This document shows positions 1 through 8,632 of a stretch of DNA of 20,293 nt, piece by piece. Below the pieces are notes generated by a model, which searched no databases, was not told the origin of the DNA, and was given only the letters and a program-made list of their open reading frames with translations. The DNA is from Ignisphaera sp. (GTDB lineage Archaea; Thermoproteota; Thermoprotei_A; Sulfolobales; Ignisphaeraceae): positions 16,186 through 36,478 of the forward strand of contig JAWAHS010000016.1 in assembly GCA_038889075.1 (NCBI GenBank), in the 5' to 3' direction. The position numbers were made by a program, and so were the translations under genes. Within the stretch, counting starts at the first letter, position 1. Each line of letters opens with the position of its first letter.

Positions 1-2685
1 CTCCTCCCATCTACTGTCATCGTAGCCCTCTTTATACCAGCCATCTGCAAGACCCTCTGTGTGTTCCCTGACCCTCCACACCCCATCTACGGCATACTGG
101 TACCTCTTTATAGCCGGAGCTAGTGTTAGTGGCCGTCCAACGGCAATCGCAATCCCGTTATTCCCCTCTACAATGTGGTCCGTAATATCCGTGGGTCCTC
201 GGTATACCCCGATAAATCTTCTATTCACAAATATAAGTGCTCCTATGTAGTAGTTGCTGTAGGTAGCTCTACCGAGATCCAGTATATATCTACCCACCTT
301 TCTATCGATATGGATATCCTTGGTGTATATTCCTGGGGAGGTGATCACCTCAACATACTTTGCATCTCCGTGTTTCTCCACATTTGATAGCATTTCCTCC
401 ACCTCCTTCGGGCTGTGCAGAAATCTAGACATGCTGAACCCCTCTCCATACTTTGGTGTGTACTCCATGTATCTCCAGCCAACCAGCGGCTCCTCACCAA
501 TCTTACCAATATATATCTTCCCCACGATACCGTTGGGGATGTAGACCAGGCCGTCGTTTGGATGCCCGGTGGACTCAAGTATTATGTCAAGTTTGTTTAC
601 ACCTTCCTTTAGTAGGTCAGCTGCATCGACCTCTATACTGTGGTAGCCCGATGCTATGGGCACCCCATTTAGTGTAGCAGTGATGTAGTCGTTGAAGTAG
701 CTTACGTAGATCTTTCTATTCTCTAGCGAATCGAGTAGCTTCCTATCGATACTAAATTCTATAGAGTATAGAGCATATCCATTGAATAGCATATCCAGCT
801 GCTCAAGCGGTTTCCCAGGCTCTACAAAACCTCCATTCTGTAAAGGAGGCTCTCTAGCAATTCTCCAGCGGCTATCTAGAGAGACTGTCATCCTCCCCTT
901 GACAGCTCTACAACCATCGATATAGAGCCTGTATATAGGGCCATACACGTGCTTTATCGGAATCCCTCTACCAGCTACTACAGCATTTGATAGTGGTTTA
1001 AACGATATTAGCGTTGCATAGCCACAGCTGTATTCATCTAGCTCCAGCTCAATGTGAGTTTTTCCATCTACTGTTGAGAGTCCGCCGACAAAGTATATAT
1101 TGGATACGAGTATTATTGGAGGCTCTACATCATCTATATACCACGTCCTATCAGCTCTAGATCTGGGGATGGCTATAATATACAGTCTACTGGATCCAGA
1201 CCTCACTACAGCAATTCTATCGCTACCACCATGTATATAGTCTATGGTAATCCTTCTACTGTCTAGCCTAGACACCGATACACCATCCGTAAGCTCTACC
1301 TCTATAGGCTCACCAGACTCTATACCTACCTCACCCAGCTCAAGATCCTCACCATATAGGATGAGCACCGTCTCGCTACCGACGGTCTTCATCAGTAGCG
1401 GTTCCGAGGATGTGTAGAGGATCTTAAATGGAGTTCCACTAACACCATAGTTTAGTACAACCATCTTTGCCCTCTTTGGAGGAAGGCTGATGGTGTTGAT
1501 AGGCGGATAGTAGGTGTCTCTATAGAGTATCTTTGTATACTGTGGATGCTCAGATAGATTTCTTAGTACAACTATAGCCTCACCACCCTCTCCAACCCTG
1601 GCAAAGACATCGATATTCCCAGATGCCTTGACTAGACCATCAACGGGCTTTGTATTTGCTATAAGGCTGTGGAAGGTCTTTGCAAACAGTGCAACTCTCT
1701 TTATAGCATAGTATCTATGTGAAAGCTCTCCCCACTCTCTAACCGCAGCCTCATAGTCATATGTTGTCGTTATGTACTTCCCGGTATAGTACCCCGGATT
1801 CGTACCTCCGTGGAACATATATATGCTTACCCCATTTATACCAATGCCTATAGCAGTCTTAATCAGGGTCTCTGTCCACTCAGCTGGAAAGCTTCCCCTA
1901 TTAGTTGGTAGGGGTGCTCCAAATGTTGAGAACCAGCCACCCTCTAGCTCCATGAAGATCTTCGGTGCACCGGGCTGTGTTGCAACATATCTTCTAACCT
2001 TGTTGTCAAACCCCTGTATGCTCCATGGGGAGGGGTAGTCATCTATGGTGTTTACTATTGGTGTGTTCTCTACATACCAATCCTCGTTGGTTATAATCGG
2101 TATCTCCCTAACATATCTCCTAGCGATCTCGTAGAGCTTCACGAGGTAGGGTACATCCCCCCAGAAGTACTCGTTTTCGATCTGCAGAAGTAGGGTTGGC
2201 CCACCCTTTGGATATGTAGTCCTCTCTATAATTGGCAGTACAGCTGAGTACCACCTCTCACTATACCTAATGTACTCAGGGTCGAGCGATCTAGGGATAG
2301 ATACCCTTCCATACAGCCAGTTTGGATGGCCACCGCTATCCCACTCGGAGCAGATGTATGGACCGGGTCTAGCTATAAAGAACATACCGAGCCTCTTAAC
2401 AAGATCTATATAGCCCATCAAATCCCTACTGAAGGCTGTCGATTCATACGGTGACTGTGGCTGTTCATCGCCAAAGAGTAGCCTACCCTCAGTAGGCTCA
2501 TGCCAATTCCACGGAATATAGCTGGCGATACAGTTAAGTCCAGCCCTTCTAGCCTTCAGCAACCTATCAAGCCATACATCCTTGGGGACCCTGAAGTAGT
2601 GTATCTCACCACAGAATAGAAAGATCTTACTGCCATCCACCGTAACAAAGCCGTTGCTATAGCCTACACCTGACACACCATCCAT
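1..2685 (-). CDS. Glycoside hydrolase family 35 beta-galactosidase-like enzyme (partial; 3' end runs off the left edge, >=895 aa)
   Basis: Manual translation from ATG at 2685: MDGVSGVGYSNGFVTVDGSKIFLFCGEIHYFRVP...AGLNCIASYIPWNWHEP...ARPGPYICSEWDSGGHPNW...LQIENEYFW (acid/base Glu)...FMELEGGWF (nucleophile Glu)...YMFHGGTN...TTYDYEA. The same frame still reads as plausible protein at base 1 (GWYKEGYDDSRWEE). Its absence from the ORF track is consistent with no stop inside the window. Confidence 0.92.
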   Translation of the reverse strand, partial: MDGVSGVGYSNGFVTVDGSKIFLFCGEIHYFRVPKDVWLDRLLKARRAGLNCIASYIPWNWHEPTEGRLLFGDEQPQSPYESTAFSRDLMGYIDLVKRLGMFFIARPGPYICSEWDSGGHPNWLYGRVSIPRSLDPEYIRYSERWYSAVLPIIERTTYPKGGPTLLLQIENEYFWGDVPYLVKLYEIARRYVREIPIITNEDWYVENTPIVNTIDDYPSPWSIQGFDNKVRRYVATQPGAPKIFMELEGGWFSTFGAPLPTNRGSFPAEWTETLIKTAIGIGINGVSIYMFHGGTNPGYYTGKYITTTYDYEAAVREWGELSHRYYAIKRVALFAKTFHSLIANTKPVDGLVKASGNIDVFARVGEGGEAIVVLRNLSEHPQYTKILYRDTYYPPINTISLPPKRAKMVVLNYGVSGTPFKILYTSSEPLLMKTVGSETVLILYGEDLELGEVGIESGEPIEVELTDGVSVSRLDSRRITIDYIHGGSDRIAVVRSGSSRLYIIAIPRSRADRTWYIDDVEPPIILVSNIYFVGGLSTVDGKTHIELELDEYSCGYATLISFKPLSNAVVAGRGIPIKHVYGPIYRLYIDGCRAVKGRMTVSLDSRWRIAREPPLQNGGFVEPGKPLEQLDMLFNGYALYSIEFSIDRKLLDSLENRKIYVSYFNDYITATLNGVPIASGYHSIEVDAADLLKEGVNKLDIILESTGHPNDGLVYIPNGIVGKIYIGKIGEEPLVGWRYMEYTPKYGEGFSMSRFLHSPKEVEEMLSNVEKHGDAKYVEVITSPGIYTKDIHIDRKVGRYILDLGRATYSNYYIGALIFVNRRFIGVYRGPTDITDHIVEGNNGIAIAVGRPLTLAPAIKRYQYAVDGVWRVREHTEGLADGWYKEGYDDSRWEE

Positions 2686-2802
2686 CTCAAACCCCTCAGC
2701 CCACAGCTATCTACACTGAAAACTTTAAGTCTTTGTGGCACACGACACCTCTATTTAAGCTGTAACCGCTACCGCTTCACATCCTTGATGGGTGGGTATA
2801 GG

Positions 2803-3708
2803 CTATACAGTCTGTTCGACTCTATAGAATGGTGTTGTGCCATCGCATGTATAGCCCTGTGTGTGTAGTTGTGGAAAGCCCTCTCTACAGGTTGCAAATC
2901 CAAGTCCGTGCCTCTCTACAACATCTTTTAGCGCCACCATGTATCTGTATCTAATCTGCTGTGGGAGGTAGAGGTAGCCATGTATTCTCTCGCCCCTCCC
3001 TATATATAGCTCCTTCAGCAGCCCCTCCCTATCTGGGAAGGCTGCTACCAGCCTCTTTAGACTATCGTACCTCGCCTTATAGGTCGATACGGTTATCTGC
3101 TTTACCCCAGCCTCAGCTAGCCTACCAACCATCTCACTAAGCTGCTCGATATCGTCATTAACCCCAGGGATTATTGGGTCTATCCTCACCGTAACATATA
3201 TACCCCTTCTACTCAGCTCCCTAGCGCCATAGACTCTATCCATTGGTGGAGGAGCCCCCGGCTCTAGGACTCTAGAGGTACCGCCATCCAGTGTCGTTAT
3301 GGTTATTGCAACAGCAACTCTATCCCTATACCTCTCAAAAACATCAGTATACCTCATAAGTATAGAGACTCCCTTAGTTGTTATGAGGATCCTGTGCCCC
3401 CTACTAACTAGAGCCTCTACAATTTTGGGGCTATAGCCATACACATCATCAAGTGGCTGAAAGGGGTCGCTACTCGGAGAAAGCTCAACAATGCTATTCA
3501 GTGGAAGAGCTAGAGAATCTCTATAGACAGTCTCCAAAACACCCCTCTTCACCCTAGGGCTATAGAACCTCGGTATATAGCTCGATGCATAGCAATAGAG
3601 ACATCCATGCCCACAGCCAGTATATGGATTCAAACTCCACTTAGGTGGACATGTACACAGGGGAGATCTCCACGGATCGAAGGGTCTGATAAGCCGCGTT
3701 TTAACCAT
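2803..3708 (-). CDS. Radical SAM protein, spore-photoproduct-lyase-like family (COG1533-like)
   Basis: LNPYTGCGHGCLYCYA (CxxxCxxC), SSDPFQP, ITTK, LEPGAPPP..R, RIDPIIPG motifs. ATG at 3708 preferred over TTG at 3714. Confidence 0.88.
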   Translation of the reverse strand: MVKTRLIRPFDPWRSPLCTCPPKWSLNPYTGCGHGCLYCYASSYIPRFYSPRVKRGVLETVYRDSLALPLNSIVELSPSSDPFQPLDDVYGYSPKIVEALVSRGHRILITTKGVSILMRYTDVFERYRDRVAVAITITTLDGGTSRVLEPGAPPPMDRVYGARELSRRGIYVTVRIDPIIPGVNDDIEQLSEMVGRLAEAGVKQITVSTYKARYDSLKRLVAAFPDREGLLKELYIGRGERIHGYLYLPQQIRYRYMVALKDVVERHGLGFATCREGFPQLHTQGYTCDGTTPFYRVEQTV

Positions 3709-4185
3709 ATACAACCCCCAAACCCAGCATAGCTACATCTACCTATCGTGATAGCCATCCAACAACACTCCATCTAAAGATCCAGGCACAGCTAACACTA
3801 CACTGCACCTAACCTCCTAAAGATATTTACACTAATACTTGTAATATATTCCACCTCTAAAACACTATATCCTCTAGCACAACATTCCACTCTACTAGAG
3901 AACCTGGGAAGAATCGGTACTGGGTAGCTAGAGGTAGGCAGAAGTATGCACCAATCTATTTTGACGGCTTTTCTCTATGATACTCTAAAATAGTACTCCG
4001 AACCACATCTACCGGCATTTTTAGCTCTAGACCATTACAGCAGCTCCAATAATATGCTGAGGGTGCCTTGCTAGTTAAGAAATTGGTGGGTGTCAAGCTG
4101 CGATAGTGGTGCTGCACCACTGCAAGGGTTGTATGAATTTAAAAGTTAAAAGTGTAGTAGGCTTGAGAGCGTGGGGGAGAGTGGT

Positions 4186-4740
4186 ATGGCTAGCCAAATA
4201 CTTATCTTATGGAGATTTACAGGTATTGCCGCTGCTATACTGGCCTGGGTGGTTATAGCCCTCTCTATACTCCAAAACCCATGGTTTAATGTATATAGGC
4301 ATGCCCTTAGTGATTTAGGGGGTCCGAAGGCCAGTAGGCCATGGATCTACAACGTTGGCCTAATGGTTGTTGGTGTAGTGGCGTGTCTCTACTCTTTCTA
4401 TCTCACATATAGAGCAGCCAGTAAGGTGCATGTCTATGCCTCTGCACTGCTCTTCATAGCTGGAGTGTTTCTAGCACTAATAGGTGTTTATCCAAGTGGA
4501 ACAAGACCGCACGCCTTTGTCTCAACATGGTTCTTCATACAGATGTGGCTAGCAGTAATAGCCTCAGCAGTAGGAATGGCACTAGATGGAAGGACTGTAG
4601 ACAGCGCTATACTGAGTGCTATAGCTATTGCCGGGCCTCTAGGGGCAGTCTCCATTAAATGGCCTTCTGTAGCACTTCTAGAAATATATGGGGTGATACT
4701 AATAGATATCTACATAGCGCTGCTAACAATACACTTCTAA
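4186..4740 (+). CDS. DUF998-family integral membrane protein
   Basis: About six hydrophobic segments; NPWF..ALSDLG, YN.GL, L.LIGVYP..H motifs. ATG 4186 preferred (alternative GTG 4171). Confidence 0.8.
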   Translation: MASQILILWRFTGIAAAILAWVVIALSILQNPWFNVYRHALSDLGGPKASRPWIYNVGLMVVGVVACLYSFYLTYRAASKVHVYASALLFIAGVFLALIGVYPSGTRPHAFVSTWFFIQMWLAVIASAVGMALDGRTVDSAILSAIAIAGPLGAVSIKWPSVALLEIYGVILIDIYIALLTIHF

Positions 4741-5068
4741 TAGAATAGAGAGCCGCAACACCTCCATAATATGCTAACCAGCCTTTTGATCGCCACCTCA
4801 TAGAGTCTCAATAGTATTAGTTGGAGGCATCTATACTGAAGCACGGACATCTCATCCAAGGCCATCACCACAGCTTACACTATAGTGAATCGTAGACTGT
4901 ATATCGCTACCCCAAACCTATACACTTCGACAGCCCTAGATAGAACATTTTTATGTATGGAGAATCTAAGGAATACGGCTTTCCTTCCAATATTTAAGGT
5001 TTTAAGGCAGTATAATCAAGATTGATAGGTAGAAACAAAAAATAATACAGTAGAATTTTTTATATCAG

Positions 5069-5111
5069 CAAAGCTTTTATATAAACCTCTATGGTAGATT
5101 TCCTGAGGTGG
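5069..5111 (+). promoter_or_regulatory. Archaeal BRE/TATA promoter and Shine-Dalgarno for tctC
   Basis: CAAAGCTTTTATATAAA (TATA at about 5075-5085); GAGGTGG at 5105-5111 just before TTG 5116/GTG 5119. Confidence 0.6.
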
Positions 5112-5115
5112 TATA

Positions 5116-6111
5116 TTGGTGAAGACAACTCTACTCCTAGCTGTGATTGCAATTCTCATAGTTGTAGGAGTAGCAGTTTACTACCTAATGCTCGCCCCCA
5201 CTAGAGAGGTAGCAGCATATCCACAGAAACCGATAACAATATATGTGCCGTGGTCTGCTGGAGGAGGAACAGATTTAACTACAAGGCAGGTTGCCTCATA
5301 TTTGCAGTCAAAGTTTGGAGTTCAAATAAATGTGTTGAATCGTGTAGCTGGAGGAGGGGCGGCCACAATGTATGCCGGGGCTAAGGAAAAACCTGACGGA
5401 TATACATTGACAGCAATAACAATTGAGCTAAACATCTTTCCACATCTAGGGACCTCTAACATTACCTACAGCGACTTTGAACCTATAGCTATGCTTATAT
5501 GCAACCCCGCAACTGTTGCTGTAAAAGCAGATTCTCCATGGAGAACCCTCGATGAGCTTCTAGACTACATAAAGAGCCACCCTGGGGAGCTAAAGGCCTC
5601 AGGTACAGCCCAGGCCGGTGTATGGGATATAGCCCGCATAGGCCTACTACAGGCTGCTGGCATCGACCCAGGAGCTCTGCCGTGGGTTCCAAGTGCTGGA
5701 GCTGCACCAGCCATTCAAGAGCTCCTCGCAGGAGGTGTGCAAGTGGTCTTTGTGGGTAGTGGTGAGATAAAACCATACAAAGATGCGGGCCAAGTTAGAG
5801 TTCTGGCTATTATGAGTGACAGCAGAATTAAAGGACTAGAAGATGTTCCAACTCTAAAAGAGCTAGGATATGACTTTGCTATCTGTGGATGGGCAGGCTT
5901 AGCAGCTCCTAAGGGTACCCCCTCACCCATAATTAGCAAGCTAGCTGAGGCGGTAAAAGAGGCGTATAACTCCCAACAATTCCAGTCTTTTCTAGGGGAG
6001 AGGGGATTTGTTGGCCGCTTACTACTAACAGAGGAGTATAGGAAGCATTTAGAGCAGGAGTACAATCTAATGAAGGTGCTACTAGAGAAGGCTGGCTACA
6101 TCAAAAAGTAG
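5116..6111 (+). CDS. tctC: Tripartite tricarboxylate transporter substrate-binding protein (TctC/Bug family) with N-terminal membrane anchor
   Basis: YPQKPITIYVPWSAGGGTDLTTR, N..GGG, PDGYTL, P.GAAPAIQELLAG, VPTLKELG, GLAAPKGTP motifs. Confidence 0.92.
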   Translation: MVKTTLLLAVIAILIVVGVAVYYLMLAPTREVAAYPQKPITIYVPWSAGGGTDLTTRQVASYLQSKFGVQINVLNRVAGGGAATMYAGAKEKPDGYTLTAITIELNIFPHLGTSNITYSDFEPIAMLICNPATVAVKADSPWRTLDELLDYIKSHPGELKASGTAQAGVWDIARIGLLQAAGIDPGALPWVPSAGAAPAIQELLAGGVQVVFVGSGEIKPYKDAGQVRVLAIMSDSRIKGLEDVPTLKELGYDFAICGWAGLAAPKGTPSPIISKLAEAVKEAYNSQQFQSFLGERGFVGRLLLTEEYRKHLEQEYNLMKVLLEKAGYIKK

Positions 6112-6117
6112 TTTTTT
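6112..6117 (+). terminator. Oligo-T tract directly after the tctC stop (possible partial intrinsic terminator)
   Basis: TAG followed by TTTTTT; oligo-T tracts act as archaeal terminators. Confidence 0.35.
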
Positions 6118-6146
6118 AAATATTCTACCAAAATTGATGTGCACTG

Positions 6147-6638
6147 GTGAGCTCTTTGGAAAACGAGTTTAAGCCGGGCCCACTCCTCTTTTCATTATGT
6201 GCACTTGCAGTTTCGGTAATGCTATTAAGAGAGGCGCTTAGAGTGGATGACCTAGGTATGTCTTGGGGAGGCCCGAGACTTTTTCCGTGTATAATCTCCT
6301 CTTTGCTTTTTATAACTAGCGTGGTCCTGGTTTTGTTGGAGGGGAAGAGCCTTCTGAGACTCTATCGGGGAGTAGCATTTAAAAGGCTTGAAAGGGTGAA
6401 ATTGAAAGAGATTGCCCCAGTTGCCTTCCTGCTCGTAATTGTAGTGCTCTATGTGGAGATTATAAAGATAGTTGGCTACCTTATCCCGACATTCATGATC
6501 AGTCTATATGTAAGCCTGTTGTTTAAAGCAAGATTGCTAGATGCTGTTATGATATCCCTAATCGCCTCGCTTGGAAGCATGTTTTTGTTTAAAATAGTTT
6601 TAGCTGTACCTCTGCCCGAGGGTGTTATAGGTTGGTAG
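6147..6638 (+). CDS. tctB: Tripartite tricarboxylate transporter small membrane subunit TctB
   Basis: Four to five TM segments, GPRLFP motif, GY..T, C-terminal F..L.VPLP.G; lies between tctC and tctA. Confidence 0.85.
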   Translation: MSSLENEFKPGPLLFSLCALAVSVMLLREALRVDDLGMSWGGPRLFPCIISSLLFITSVVLVLLEGKSLLRLYRGVAFKRLERVKLKEIAPVAFLLVIVVLYVEIIKIVGYLIPTFMISLYVSLLFKARLLDAVMISLIASLGSMFLFKIVLAVPLPEGVIGW

Positions 6639-8125
6639 ATTGGGGTTTTATTTTCAGCTACGTAATTTCGGCTAAAGCTCTTATCATTATGTTTATTACG
6701 GCTCTCTACGGCCTATTTATAGGGGCAATGCCCGGATTGACTGCGACTATGGCTGCGGCTCTGTTAGTTCCATTTGCCTTTTGGCTGGACCCCCTCTCCG
6801 CCCTTGCCATGATAATAACGATGGATGTGCTAGCTATATGGGCTGGGGATATACCGGCTACCTTTGTAAGAATACCTGGTACTCCCGCATCTGCAGCCTA
6901 TGCAGATGAGATGTACGAGATGACCAAAAGAGGGAAGGGGCAGATAGCTCTAGCTATATCGCTGATGGGCTCTACACTAGGAGGGCTCATCGGGGTGCTT
7001 GTCCTGGCATTCTTCTCCCCAGAGTTAGCCAAGTTTGCTTTAAACTTTTCTAGTGCTGAATTCTTTTGGCTAGTGGTATTCGGACTTATTAATGGGGTGT
7101 TAGCAGTTAGGGGCTCCCCAGCAAAAAGACTATTCTCACTTTTGCTAGGAATACTTATAGCGTTAGTTGGCTTTGACCCAGTCTTCTTCTCATCTAGACT
7201 GACCTTTGGAAGGCCTGAGCTATTGGGGGGGCTAAACTACATACCGATACTCATTGGGGTTTTCGGTATGTCAGAAGTTCTAAAGAGAACCTACTACAAA
7301 GTAAGGGGGATAACTATAGAGCTCCCCAAAACAGAGTATAGGTTTTCGGAATTAGTACTCAATGGTCTAAGGTATATAAAGAGGTTCTACAACAGATTCA
7401 TAAGCGGCTCCACCATAGGTGTAATAATCGGGGCACTCCCTGGGGCAGGGGCAGATATTGCAGCCTGGCTTTCATATAATCTATCCTACAGATTCTCCAG
7501 GAATAAGGATTCCTATGGAAAAGGATCGGAAGAGGGGATACTCGCTGCCACTTCAGCTAACAACGCTTCACTAGCAGGCGCATGGATTCCATCCCTAGTC
7601 TTTGGGATCCCTGGAGACTCTGTAACCGCTATAGTGCTTGGGGTTATGATGATGAAGGGCATCATCCCCGGGCCTAGGATATTTATTGAGCAAGCTACAC
7701 TAGTATACTCGCTATTCATCATTTTTACAGTGGCGAATCTTCTGATTATACCACTGGGGCTACTGACTATAAAATTTCTGGGGAGGGTCTTCCTAAGAAC
7801 TCCTGACTATGTTCTAGTTCCAATGATACTAGTCTTCTGTGTTATTGGTTCATACGCTATCGACTACAGCTTCTTTAGCGTCTTAGTTATGCTGGTTTTT
7901 GGTGTGATGGGGTTCTTCATGGACAGATATGGGTATCCGTATGCCCCTATGGTACTGGGCGTTATACTGGGAAAAATGCTCGAGACCTATTTTGTGATGA
8001 CATATGTTAAGGGAGGGGTGGCAGCCTTTTTCAATAGACCTTTATCGCTGGCATTATTTGCTCTTACACTATTCGTTATCTTTGCTCCATGGATTGGAAG
8101 AAAGGTAAAGCTTATTAAAAGATGA
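6632..8125 (+). CDS. tctA: Tripartite tricarboxylate transporter large permease TctA
   Basis: 497 aa polytopic protein; GAMPGLTATMA, RIPGTPAS, GALPGAGADIAAWLSY, SANNA, PSLVFGIPGDSVTAI, PGP.IF. Confidence 0.93.
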   Translation: MVDWGFIFSYVISAKALIIMFITALYGLFIGAMPGLTATMAAALLVPFAFWLDPLSALAMIITMDVLAIWAGDIPATFVRIPGTPASAAYADEMYEMTKRGKGQIALAISLMGSTLGGLIGVLVLAFFSPELAKFALNFSSAEFFWLVVFGLINGVLAVRGSPAKRLFSLLLGILIALVGFDPVFFSSRLTFGRPELLGGLNYIPILIGVFGMSEVLKRTYYKVRGITIELPKTEYRFSELVLNGLRYIKRFYNRFISGSTIGVIIGALPGAGADIAAWLSYNLSYRFSRNKDSYGKGSEEGILAATSANNASLAGAWIPSLVFGIPGDSVTAIVLGVMMMKGIIPGPRIFIEQATLVYSLFIIFTVANLLIIPLGLLTIKFLGRVFLRTPDYVLVPMILVFCVIGSYAIDYSFFSVLVMLVFGVMGFFMDRYGYPYAPMVLGVILGKMLETYFVMTYVKGGVAAFFNRPLSLALFALTLFVIFAPWIGRKVKLIKR

Positions 8126-8632
8126 GCACGGGGGAGGATCGATCGGATGCCTTAGCCTCGGTATATTAGTTGAATCTAATCTACTCTCTAGATTAGAGGC
8201 TAAGCAATAAGCTAAATATCACCGGGATGCCTATCTAACCCCATGAGCGGCCTATATCGATAGACCGCTTCACAAGCCCGGTAATAAGGTGGTGATCCAT
8301 ATGTGCCATGTATGGGTTTCTAGAGCTAGCTGAACAAGATAAAATAAGTTAACTGAATATTGTCCCATCTGTGTACACATAATGGTTTCGACAGAATATT
8401 GCAGCAGATTATGTCAAGCCGATTTCTACTCCATGAAATTGTGGATCGATCCCTTACGGCTGTCTTTGGAGATCTTTTGTATTCAGTTCTCTACTGCTGT
8501 TATAGAGAGTTAGGTGTATGGATTGTCTCCCCATGCTGATTGGAGAAACCTACTACAGGCTGGTATCTAACTGCTATAGACTAGACTGCTAATATACTAT
8601 TTCTAAGTTAAGTGATTCTGTGGTGGTCAACA

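Noticed and set aside
59-2038. Short ORFs in the track (59-250, 175-387, 320-544, 345-578, 415-612, 453-677, 1823-2038)
   Set aside because: Shadow or alternative-frame ORFs of the long minus-strand GH35 gene; no recognisable motifs.
3715-4170. Long intergenic region with a roughly 30-aa minus-strand ORF (MECCARG...)
   Set aside because: No recognisable protein or RNA motif; consistent with a divergent promoter region.
4044-4775. Imperfect direct repeat CTCCA(A)TAATATGCT flanking the DUF998 gene
   Set aside because: Short, gapped and AT-rich; no transposase or integrase; plausible by chance.
4737-4865. 42-aa minus-strand ORF MALDEMSVLQYRC...
   Set aside because: No motif or well-spaced ribosome-binding site; length within chance expectation.
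4878-4894. Resemblance to a reverse-complemented T7 promoter (CTATAGTGAATCGTA)
   Set aside because: Mismatched, and no other vector sequence nearby; coincidental.
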